From positions 736,001-800,000 of the forward strand of contig JASGJN010000013.1 in assembly GCA_049840735.1 (NCBI GenBank): a DNA stretch of 64,000 bases. Reading direction: 5' to 3'. Below, one piece after another: positions 21,135-30,100 of the stretch. The stretch is from Anaeromyxobacter sp. (GTDB lineage: Bacteria > Myxococcota > Myxococcia > Myxococcales > Anaeromyxobacteraceae). Position 1 is the stretch's first letter. Every line of letters starts with the position of its first letter. Below the pieces are notes generated by a model, which saw only the letters and a list, made by a program, of their open reading frames with translations, ran no database searches and was not told the DNA's origin. Made by a program: the position numbers and the translations under genes.

Positions 21135-21893
21135 CTACTGGCAGGCCACCCCGCCGGCGTCCTGCAGCACCACGTTCACGTCGCTGCTGCTGCCGCCGTA
21201 GACGTCGAAGTGCTGGTCGGTGCAGTTCTTCCCGGTGACCGTGTAGGCGTTGCTGCCCACGCGATCCCACTCCTCCATCCGCTGCATCGTGTAGCCGCCC
21301 TGGGGCATGCGGAAGACGATGCCGGCCGGGTCGCCGCACAGGTAGGAGCGCTTCTCGAGGTCGGTGTTGTTGGTGTCGATGGAGACGGTGGTGGCGCCCA
21401 CGGTCTCGTCGTAGAGCGCGAACCACATGTACGAGTGGTCGCTCCAGCAGACGTTGTCGGGCGCGAAGGCGTAGCCGACCGAGACGAAGCCCTCGCCCGG
21501 CTGCACGTTCTGGACGGGCGAGCCGCAGGTGGGCGCGCCGTAGCTGAACTCGCCGCGGTTCACGATCCAGCCGGTGGTGTCGATGCCTTCCACGGTCACG
21601 AGGTGCGTGCCCGGGTAGACGCCGTAGATGAACGCGCCGCCGTCGCTGCAGAGGAAGTCGTAGGGGTTGCCGTTGCCGTCGAGCACCGGCGCCCCGTCGA
21701 AGTAGACGTTCACGAAGTCCACGCCGGCCTGCGCGCACTGCGCGGCCATGCTGCCGCCCGTGATGGTGCCCTCGGCGAGCCGGAAGTTGGGCCACTGGAT
21801 GGTGATGCTCGAGTCGCAAGGCTCCGTGGTGTCGCTGACGATGCAGCCCGAGCCGAGGACGGTGGCGGCGATCAGGGTGGCGAGGCGCTTCAT
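21135..21893 (-). CDS. Cys-containing beta-rich lipoprotein of unknown function
   Basis: MKRLATLIAATVLGSG-C lipobox, GGAGG RBS and strong codon bias. Confidence 0.8.
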   Translation of the reverse strand: MKRLATLIAATVLGSGCIVSDTTEPCDSSITIQWPNFRLAEGTITGGSMAAQCAQAGVDFVNVYFDGAPVLDGNGNPYDFLCSDGGAFIYGVYPGTHLVTVEGIDTTGWIVNRGEFSYGAPTCGSPVQNVQPGEGFVSVGYAFAPDNVCWSDHSYMWFALYDETVGATTVSIDTNNTDLEKRSYLCGDPAGIVFRMPQGGYTMQRMEEWDRVGSNAYTVTGKNCTDQHFDVYGGSSSDVNVVLQDAGGVACQ

Positions 21894-21948
21894 TGGGTTC
21901 TTCCTCCGAGAGAGTCGCTCGGCCTTTCGGGGCCTTGTCCCCCAGGTG

Positions 21949-21964
21949 AGCAACGGCTGTGCCA
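21949..21964 (-). promoter_or_regulatory. Sigma54 -24/-12 promoter for the lipoprotein gene
   Basis: Minus strand reads TGGCACAGCCGTTGCT, an exact match to TGGCAC-N5-TTGCW. Confidence 0.8.
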
Positions 21965-21982
21965 CCTCGGCTGGACCTGGGA

Positions 21983-21995
21983 AATCAACGCATTA
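21983..21995 (+). promoter_or_regulatory. Putative IHF-binding site upstream of the sigma54 promoter
   Basis: AATCAACGCATTA matches WATCAANNNNTTR and lies about 20-30 bp upstream of the -24 box. Confidence 0.6.
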
Positions 21996-22248
21996 TGCAT
22001 GCGTGCCGGGCTGCGCGGGTGACGGGCAGGCACGACCCGTGTTGCCCCCTCACACCCCGCCGTCGCGGGGAAGGTGCGACAAAGACTGCGCCCGCCGCCG
22101 GGCTGCGACAGGAGGGCAGCAGGCGGCCGGACGAAAGTGGGCAGCCCACGCGTTTTCTTCGAGATCCCGGGCGCTCCGGCGAGGATGGGAGGCGAGACGG
22201 CCTGTCTGCGCCGGCCCGTGCTAGAGAGAGCGCCCCACCGAACGACCC

Positions 22249-22983
22249 ATGACCTTCACGACCCTACACGCTGCTCCCCTGCCCCTGGCCGCGCCCGCCG
22301 GCGACGGCCTCGACTACCTCGAGATCGCCAGGAACTCCGGCGTCATCGGGATGGGCGTCCTCTTGCTCCTCCTGACCGCCTCGGCCGTCTCCTGGGCCAT
22401 CATCGTCAAGAAGGCCCTGCAGATCCGGCGCGCCCAGGCGCAGTCGCTGCAGTTCCTCGAGACCTTCTGGCAGTCCAAGCGGCTCGACGCCATCTACCAG
22501 GCGGCCGAGTCGCTCTCCGCCTCGCCGCTCTCGCACGTCTTCCGGGCCGGCTACGTCGAGCTCTCCAAGGTCACCGCGCGCAAGGAGGGCGAGTCGCGCG
22601 GCATGTCCGACGAGCTGGGCGGGATCGAGAACGTGGAGCGCGCGCTCAAGCGGGCGGCCACCGCCGAGGTGACCGCGCTCGAGCAGCAGATCCCGTTCCT
22701 GGGGACCACCGCCAGCGCCGCCCCGTTCGTCGGCCTGTTCGGCACGGTGTGGGGCATCATGCGGGCGTTCCACGAGATCTACCAGATGGGCAACGCCAAC
22801 CTGGCCACGGTGGCGCGCCCCATCTCCGAGGCGCTCATCGCCACGGCCGTCGGCCTCTTCGCCGCCATCCCGGCCACGGTGGCCTACAACTACTTCGTCG
22901 CGAAGATCCGGGTCCTCGACAGCGAGATGACCAACTTCTCGAACGACTTCCTCAACATCGTCCGGCGGCACTTCTTCAGCTAG
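22249..22983 (+). CDS. tolQ: TolQ
   Basis: FLGTTASAAPFVGLFGTVWGIM and ISEALIATAVGLFAAIPA. Confidence 0.95.
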   Translation: MTFTTLHAAPLPLAAPAGDGLDYLEIARNSGVIGMGVLLLLLTASAVSWAIIVKKALQIRRAQAQSLQFLETFWQSKRLDAIYQAAESLSASPLSHVFRAGYVELSKVTARKEGESRGMSDELGGIENVERALKRAATAEVTALEQQIPFLGTTASAAPFVGLFGTVWGIMRAFHEIYQMGNANLATVARPISEALIATAVGLFAAIPATVAYNYFVAKIRVLDSEMTNFSNDFLNIVRRHFFS

Positions 22984-22992
22984 GAGCTCCCG

Positions 22993-23445
22993 ATGGCGAT
23001 GTCCTCGGGCGGCACCTCCGGCCGCCAGTCCCTCACCGAGATCAACGTCACGCCGCTCGTGGACGTGATGCTGGTGCTGCTCATCATCTTCATGGTCACC
23101 GCCCCGCTCATCCAGCAGGGCGTGGAGGTGAAGCTGCCCGAGGCCAAGGCCGCGCCGGTCAAGGCCGAGGAGCAGAAGCTGGTGCTGTCGGTGAAGGCCG
23201 ACCGCTCCATCTGGCTGGGCAGCTCGGAGAACGCGACCCGCATCCCCTTCGACGACCTCGAGGACAAGCTGCGGGCCAACGCCCGCGCGCAGAAGGACAA
23301 GATGCTCTACCTCATGGCCGACCAGGCGCTGCCCTACGGCTACGTGGTGGAGGTCATGGCCACGGTCCAGCGGGCCGGCGTCGAGAACGTCGGCATGATC
23401 ACCAACCCGTCCCAGGCGGCGGACCGCGAGCCCAGGCGTCGATGA
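22993..23445 (+). CDS. tolR: TolR
   Basis: EINVTPLVDVMLVLLIIFMVTAP. Confidence 0.95.
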   Translation: MAMSSGGTSGRQSLTEINVTPLVDVMLVLLIIFMVTAPLIQQGVEVKLPEAKAAPVKAEEQKLVLSVKADRSIWLGSSENATRIPFDDLEDKLRANARAQKDKMLYLMADQALPYGYVVEVMATVQRAGVENVGMITNPSQAADREPRRR

Positions 23446-24203
23446 CGGTCCCGGTGCACACGGCGCTCCTGGGGCGCGACCGGCTCTGGCCCGCGGTGGC
23501 CGTGTCGGTGGCGATCCACGCCGTCGCCATCGGCGTGGCGCTCTGGAAGAGCGGCCAGGAGCCCATCCTCCAGCCGCAGAAGCCCATCACCGCGCGGCTG
23601 GTGCGGCTCGGGCCCAAGAAGCCCGACCGCTACCTGCCGCAGAAGGATCAGCAGGCGCCCGCGCCGGCCCCTGCGCCCGAGGCCGCCCCCGCCCCCGCCC
23701 CGGCCGCGCCCGCCACCGCGGCGGCGCCCCGCCCCACGCCCTCCCCCGCCGCGCCGGCCGCGCCGCGCCCGTCCACCGCGCGCCCCGCCACCGGCGGCGG
23801 CAAGTCCGGCGGCGTCAGCTCGGCGCTGGCCCGCGTCCAGGCCCAGCTCGACCGCGAGCAGTGGGGGGACCCGGACGGCGATCCGATGGGCGACGCGGAG
23901 GAGGCGGAGGGGGACCCCTACTTCGCCCTGCTGAAGCGCTCCGTCGAGGCCAACTTCGAGGTGCCGACCACCCTCTCCGACCGCGAGCGGCTGTTCGTCT
24001 TCGCCGAGGCGAGGCTCTGGATCGACGCGGCGGGGCGGGTGTCCCGCTGGAAGATCGACCGCTCCTCCGGCAACCCCACCTTCGACGCCGCGGTCGAGCG
24101 CACCATCCGCAAGACCCCGCAGGTCCCGCCGCCGCCCCAGAACGTGCGGCAGCAGTACCCCGACGGCATCCCCTTCCGCTTCGACGCCAAGTCGAACAGC
24201 TGA
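23442..24203 (+). CDS. tolA: TolA/TonB-family energy transducer
   Basis: N-terminal TM with SxxxH (SVAIH), Pro/Ala linker and TonB C-terminal SSGNPTFDAAV; lies between tolR and tolB. Confidence 0.85.
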   Translation: MTVPVHTALLGRDRLWPAVAVSVAIHAVAIGVALWKSGQEPILQPQKPITARLVRLGPKKPDRYLPQKDQQAPAPAPAPEAAPAPAPAAPATAAAPRPTPSPAAPAAPRPSTARPATGGGKSGGVSSALARVQAQLDREQWGDPDGDPMGDAEEAEGDPYFALLKRSVEANFEVPTTLSDRERLFVFAEARLWIDAAGRVSRWKIDRSSGNPTFDAAVERTIRKTPQVPPPPQNVRQQYPDGIPFRFDAKSNS

Positions 24204-24219
24204 CCGAGCCAGACCCGAC

Positions 24220-25518
24220 ATGACCGTTCGCCACATCGCGCTCCTCCTCGCCTTCGCCGCCGTCCCCGCCGCCGCCGCTGCCCAGGAGCGGCCGGCCATC
24301 GTCATCACCGCCCCCAACTTCCGCCCGCTCCCCATCGCCGTGGCGCCGTTCCTCTCCGACGCTGCCAGCGGGGCGGCGGCCAGCGAAGCCACCGCGGTGG
24401 TCCGCGCCGACCTGGCCCTCTCCGGCCTCTTCGACGTGCTCGACCCCAAGGGCTTCCTGGCCGATCCGCGCGAGGGGCTGGCCCCGCAGACCGTCTCCTT
24501 CAGCCGCTGGAGCGACGTGGGCGCCGACGGCCTGGCCAAGGCCATGGTGCGGGAGGTGGGCGGCGCGCTCGAGGGCGAGCTCCACCTCTACGAGGTCCGC
24601 GCCGGCCGCGAGGTGGCCGCGCGCACCGTCCGCGCCGGCAACGCGCGGGCCCTCGGCCACCGCATCGCCGACGAGATCGTCCGCTACTACACCCGCGAAC
24701 CGGGCGTCTTCTCGACCCGAATCGCCGCCGTCCGCAAGACGCCGGGGCGCTACGAGCTGGTGCTGTTCGACGTGGACGGCCAGAACCCCCAGGTCGTCCT
24801 CTCCGAGCAGAGCATCCTGCTCGCGCCGGCCTGGAAGCCGGACGGCAGCGAGCTCCTCCTGACCAGCTACCGGACCGGCCGGCCGCAGCTGTGGGCCCTG
24901 CGCCTCGCCGACCGCTCCTTCCGCGCGGTGGGCAACCGCGGCAACGCCATGGGCGGCGTCTACTCGCCCGACGGCAGCCGCATCGCCTTCACCATCACCG
25001 AGGGCGCCAACACCGACATCTGGATCATGAACGCGGACGGCACCGCCCCGCGCCGCATCACCCGCGAGCCCTCCATCGAGGTCTCGCCGGCCTGGTCGCC
25101 CGACGGCCGCCGCATCGCCTTCACCTCCGACCGCGCCGGGACCCCGCAGGTCTACGTCATGAACGCCGACGGCAGCGAGGTGCGCCGGGTCACCTTCCAG
25201 GGCAACTACAACCAGACGCCGGTCTGGAGCCCGCGCGGCGACGCCATCGCGTTCACGGCGCGTGACGAGCGCAAGATGTTCGACCTGTTCTGGGTCTCGC
25301 CCGACACCACCAGGATCTCGCGCATCACGCAGGACCAGGGGCGCACCAACGAGGAGCCGTCCTGGGCGCCCACCGGCCGGCTGATGGTGTTCCGCACGGA
25401 CCGGAACGGCCCCGGGCAGCTGGTCGTCGCGGATCCCCGCGGCGATCGCCAGACCGTCATCGCCGGCGCCCGCGGCGCCGACCTGGTCTCGCCGGCCTGG
25501 GGACCGGCGGCGCAGTAG
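24220..25518 (+). CDS. tolB: TolB beta-propeller protein
   Basis: Signal peptide, TolB N-domain and repeated PAWSPDG (PD40) units. Confidence 0.93.
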   Translation: MTVRHIALLLAFAAVPAAAAAQERPAIVITAPNFRPLPIAVAPFLSDAASGAAASEATAVVRADLALSGLFDVLDPKGFLADPREGLAPQTVSFSRWSDVGADGLAKAMVREVGGALEGELHLYEVRAGREVAARTVRAGNARALGHRIADEIVRYYTREPGVFSTRIAAVRKTPGRYELVLFDVDGQNPQVVLSEQSILLAPAWKPDGSELLLTSYRTGRPQLWALRLADRSFRAVGNRGNAMGGVYSPDGSRIAFTITEGANTDIWIMNADGTAPRRITREPSIEVSPAWSPDGRRIAFTSDRAGTPQVYVMNADGSEVRRVTFQGNYNQTPVWSPRGDAIAFTARDERKMFDLFWVSPDTTRISRITQDQGRTNEEPSWAPTGRLMVFRTDRNGPGQLVVADPRGDRQTVIAGARGADLVSPAWGPAAQ

Positions 25519-25559
25519 CGCCGCCCGGGAGCGCCCGTGACCGCCGCCCGGAGCCGGCC

Positions 25560-26513
25560 GTGACCGCCCCGCGCCTCGCCGCCATCGACGTCGGCACCAA
25601 CACCGTGCTGCTGCTGGTGGCCGAGCAGCGGGGCGGGCAGCTGGTCCCGGTGCTGGAGCGGGCCGAGATCACGCGGCTGGGCAAGGGCGTGGACGCCTCC
25701 GGGCGGCTGGATCCGGAGCGGCTGGAGGCCACCGTGGCGGTGCTGGCGGACTTCGCCGCTGCCGCGCGCGCGCTCGGGGCGCGGGAGATCGCCTGCGTGG
25801 CCACCAGCGCGGCGCGCGACGCCGCCAACGGAGCGGAGTTCTTCGCGGCGGCGCGCGACCGGGCCGGGCTCAGGGCGGAGGTCATCTCCGGCGACGAGGA
25901 GGCGCGGCTGGTCTACGCCAGCGCGGCGCGGGACTTCGGGGGTGGGGCGGCGGGCGGGGCGGGGGTGGCGGGTGGGGACATCCCGCTGGCCGTGCTGGAC
26001 GTCGGCGGCGGCTCCACCGAGTGGATCGTGGGCGAGGGGCCGCGACCGCGCGGGCGGGTGAGCCTGCAGCTGGGGGCCGTGCGCCTCACCGAGCGGCACG
26101 TGCGGACGGACCCCATCGGGCGCGACGGCGTGACCGCGCTGCGTGACGCGGCGCGCGCGGCGCTGGAAGGCGCGGCGGCGCTGGCGCCGGCGCCGGGCGC
26201 GCGGATGGTGGGCGTGGCCGGGACCGTGACCACGCTGGCCGCGGTGGCCCAGGCGCTGCCCCGGCACGACGCCGGCCGCGTGCACGGCGCCGCGCTGGCG
26301 CGCGGGGAGGTCGACGCGCTGGTGGACCGCCTGGCGCCCCTTCCGCTGGCGCAGCGCGCGCAGGTGCCGGGGATGGAGCCGAAGCGCGCCGACGTGATCG
26401 TGGCCGGCGCGGTGGTGGTGAGCGAGGCCATGCGCCGGTTCGGGTTCGAGGCGCTGACCGTGTCGGATTGCGGTGTCCGCTGGGGGCTGCTCTACGACCG
26501 CCTCCCTGCGTGA
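25560..26513 (+). CDS. ppx: Ppx/GppA-family exopolyphosphatase
   Basis: AAIDVGTNT, ATSAARDA, ISGDEEARL and LDVGGGSTE. Confidence 0.92.
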   Translation: MTAPRLAAIDVGTNTVLLLVAEQRGGQLVPVLERAEITRLGKGVDASGRLDPERLEATVAVLADFAAAARALGAREIACVATSAARDAANGAEFFAAARDRAGLRAEVISGDEEARLVYASAARDFGGGAAGGAGVAGGDIPLAVLDVGGGSTEWIVGEGPRPRGRVSLQLGAVRLTERHVRTDPIGRDGVTALRDAARAALEGAAALAPAPGARMVGVAGTVTTLAAVAQALPRHDAGRVHGAALARGEVDALVDRLAPLPLAQRAQVPGMEPKRADVIVAGAVVVSEAMRRFGFEALTVSDCGVRWGLLYDRLPA

Positions 26514-27159
26514 GCGGGCGGGGCGCGTCTACGCCGCGCTGGCCTTCGGCCGGGCCGCGGCCGTCTACGGCTTCCTGACCGATCACCCCGCCTGGCGCGC
26601 CGACTGCCGCGCCATGGCCGCCCTGGCGACCGGCCCGCGCGTGCTCGACCTGGGCGTGGGCCCCGGGACCAGCGCGCTGGAGATGGCGCGGGCCGACCCG
26701 GCGCGCCGCCACGTGGGGCTCGACCGCTCCGGCGGGATGCTCCGCCTGGCCGCCGACGCCGCCCGCCGCGCCGCCCTCCGGCTGCCGCTGGTCCAGGCCG
26801 ACGCGCTGGCGCTGCCGCTGCGGACCGGGAGCGTGGACGGCGCCACCGCGCACAGCCTGCTCTACCTGGTCCCGGACGCCGCCGCCGCGCTGCGGGAGGT
26901 GGCCCGCGTGCTCCGGCCCGGCGGGCGCCTGGTGCTGCTCGAGCCGCGCGCCGGCCCGGCGTCGCTGCGCAGCGCCCTGCGCCGCGGCGGGCGCTGCGCG
27001 GCCTCGATGGTGATGTGGCGCTCCATGTCGCGGCTCCATCGCCGCTTCGCCGAGCCCGAGCTGCGGGCCCTGCTCGAGGAGGCCGGCCTGGGCGAGGCGC
27101 GGGCCTGGCCGGTGCTGGACGGCTACGGCGTGATGGCCACCGCCTCCCGTCCGGGTTAG
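26510..27159 (+). CDS. Class I SAM-dependent methyltransferase (start uncertain)
   Basis: VLDLGVGPG, QADALALP and REVARVLRPGG. Confidence 0.85.
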
Positions 27160-27170
27160 AACTGGCCCCC

Positions 27171-27824
27171 GTGCGCGCCCCCTGGGCCATCGTCTGCGAC
27201 TTCGACGGGACCGCCCTCTCGCTCGACCTCGGCGACGCCGTGGCCACCGAGCTCGGCGATCCCATCGCCTTCGAGCACGCCGAGGCGCGCTACGCCGCCG
27301 GCGAGCTCTCCTTCGGCCACCTGCTCCAGCACGTCTTCGCCCCCGTCCGCGCCAGCCGCGAGGAGATCGCCGCCTTCGCGCGCGCGCGCGCCGCCTGGCG
27401 CCCCGGCTTCCAGGCGTTCCTGGAGCAGTGCCGCGCCGGCGGCGCGCCGTTCCTGATCGTCTCGTCCGGGCTGGACGCGTACATCGAGCCCGTGATCGCA
27501 GACCTCCCGCGCCCGCTGCGCGACCACGTCCAGCTGCGCGCCAACCGCGCCACCTGCAACGTCGCCGGCCTCTCGATCGAGTTCCACGGCCAGGACTGCG
27601 GCCACTGCGGCTTCTGCAAGGGCCACGTGGTGCAGGAGCTCCAGGCGCGCGGCCACCGCGTCGCCGCCCTCGGCGACGGCTCCGGCGATCGCCACGCCGC
27701 CCAGGCCGCCGATCACGTCTTCGCCCGCGCCGGCTCCTCGCTGGACCGCTGGTGCGAGGCCACCGGCCTCGCGCACGACAGCTTCGAGACGTTCTTCGAG
27801 GTCATCGAGCGGTTTCCGGGGTGA
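27171..27824 (+). CDS. MtnX-like HAD-IB phosphatase
   Basis: IVCDFDGT, IVSSG, CGHCGFCK and LGDGSGD. Confidence 0.85.
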   Translation: MRAPWAIVCDFDGTALSLDLGDAVATELGDPIAFEHAEARYAAGELSFGHLLQHVFAPVRASREEIAAFARARAAWRPGFQAFLEQCRAGGAPFLIVSSGLDAYIEPVIADLPRPLRDHVQLRANRATCNVAGLSIEFHGQDCGHCGFCKGHVVQELQARGHRVAALGDGSGDRHAAQAADHVFARAGSSLDRWCEATGLAHDSFETFFEVIERFPG

Positions 27825-28141
27825 GGTTGCGGTTCGGCTCCTCGTTCGCCCAGGTCGAACCGCTGGCGTTCGCAGGTTGAGCCGCGAGCGTTGGGCCCTG
27901 AACACATCACCGACCGCACGTCACGCCCGCGGGCGTCGAGCGTCTCCCTCCACCGATGGAACCCTGAGTAACTATCGCCGGCGATAGCTCGGGAGGGTTG
28001 CGGCATCGGATCGCCTTTTCGTGAACCATCCGGGCTCACCTAGCCCGGCCGCTGGCGCGCTGGTGGTTCTGCCGCTGCACGGTGCACGCCGCTCGATGTC
28101 AGAGGTCGAGCGTTAGCTCGCGACATCACCGGGGGTGGACC

Positions 28142-29966
28142 ATGCTGAACCCGTTCTCCGAGCTCGACAACCGGGCGCTGAACGCACGCGCTCACGCGCT
28201 GGTGGGCGACGAGCGCCGCCTGATCGTCGAGTTCCTCCAACACCTGGAGGAGATCGAGACCCGCCGCAGCTACGTGGGCGAGGGCTACTCTTCGCTCTGG
28301 GACTTCTGCACCCGAGCACTTCACCTCAGCGAGCCATCCGCTGGCCGCCGCATCGGGGCGATGCGCATTCTCCGCCGCTTCCCAGCCGTCGAGCCGCCGC
28401 TGCGGGATGGCCGCATCAACCTGACCTCGTTGACCCTGCTCGGCCCCATCCTCACCGCGGAGAACGTGGCCGAGGTCCTGGAGCGGGCGGCCCACAAGAC
28501 CAGGGCCGAGGTCGATGCGCTGGTCGCGTCCATCCAGCCGCGCCGGGTGGCGGCCGACGGCCTGCGGCGGCTGTCAGCCGCAAACGGGCCTGCCGCGTCC
28601 AGCCTGTTCCCGCAGAGCGTCAACCCTGGTCTTCCCGGGGCCGCTGCCTGGCCCGAGCCTGCGCTCAGCCACCTCGGCGTGACAAGCCCCGCCGGCGCCG
28701 CGCAGCTGATCGCATCCAGCCGCCCGCTGGCCGCCGGCCGGATCCGCGCACCGATCCGGTCCCCGGCTCTCCAGCGAACGTCTCGATCACGGCTCCGTCG
28801 ATCGCAACCCCATGCCCCGCCGCTACCTTCGTCGCCAGCGCCCCTGCGGCTGGATTCACCCTGATCCGACAGGACGGCGGCGCTCCCGTGGCGAGCGCTC
28901 TCGCCATCGGACCAGGCCGTGCATCGCTCGGCCCGCCCGCGGGCCCGGACCTGGCCGCCGCCCCGGCGCCCAGCCTGGCGCCACCCCAGGCGCTCCCCAC
29001 CCCGCCGTCACGCCCCGAGCTCCGGGCCGTCACCGGCGACTCGTGGTCCTTGCGCGTGACGCTCGACGGCGAGGCGCGGCTGGAATCTGGAGACGCTCCG
29101 GTCCCTGCTCTCGCACAAGTTCCCGAGTGGCGACCTCGCGTCCGTCATCAAGGAAGCGCTCCGCTGTTCCGTGGCACACCACGAGAAGCGCCGCGGGATG
29201 CGGCAGCCGGAACGGGCGCGCGCGGCGAAGACACCCGAGAAGGCCCGCACGCGGAAGCGGACGCGCCGGTCCGCTGCCGCAGCGACGGCGAGTCCTGACG
29301 GTCCACCCGAGGTCTCGCGGGCATCGCTGCCCGCGGAGCGCGGCGCTTGCGGCGCCGAGGAGGACGAAGGTGGCGGGGGTGACCTGCGGCCCCCGCCCAT
29401 CGTCGACGTGTCGCCCCGCTCCGGCGCAGCGAGCGGTTCAGGTGCGCCCGAAGTCCGGCCGGTCCCTTCGTCCGCATCGGCCCTATCGGCGCCTTCGCCC
29501 GCGTCGCCGCTCTCGGCCTCCTCGGCCACGGCTGAGCCGAGGGCTCCTGGAGCGCCGCAGCCAGAAGGTGCGCGCATCACCCCTGGTGCGCCAGCTGCGG
29601 GTGACCGTCCGAGCGCAGATGGGTTGGGCGGAGGTGGCCAAACCGATCCGGAAGGCTCGCCCACGCCCGAGCTGCCCGACTGTGCCATCTCCGCCGGGCC
29701 GCATACCGCTCGAGGTCCGGCGCCATGTCTGGCTTCGCGATGGGCGACAGTGCACCTACGTCTCCTCGGATGGCAACCGCTGCTCCTCCCGCTGGCAACT
29801 GGAGCTGCACCACCTCCTGTCAGAGGCGCTGGGCGGCTTGCCCACGAGGGAGAACCTCACGGTGCGCTGCAGGACGCACAACTTCTTCCACGCCGAGGAG
29901 GACTTCGGGCGGGAGTACATGGACCGGTTTCGGCGCCGCCGAGGCAGCGACGGCGCGCCGGGGTGA
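28142..29966 (+). CDS. Myxobacterial-type HNH endonuclease; about three apparent frameshifts (near 28770, 29085 and 29690)
   Basis: N-domain EFLQHLEEIETRRSYVGEGYSSLWDFCTRALHLSE, middle WSLRVTLD...LLSHKFPSGDL and C-terminal IPLEVRRHVWLRDGRQC...C...LELHH...GG...NLTVRCRTHN. Codon usage differs from the flanking genes. Confidence 0.85.
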
Positions 29967-30100
29967 TGGAGGACGGGGCGCCCGACGAGCCCACCAGCGC
30001 CGATGAGTTGCGGCATGGAGCCCGTTCGCCCGCGAAGGTCCCGGGCCGGCCGTCGGTGAGCTGCCGGCGAGCCGCCGCGAGGGAGCGGTGGGGCGGCTCG

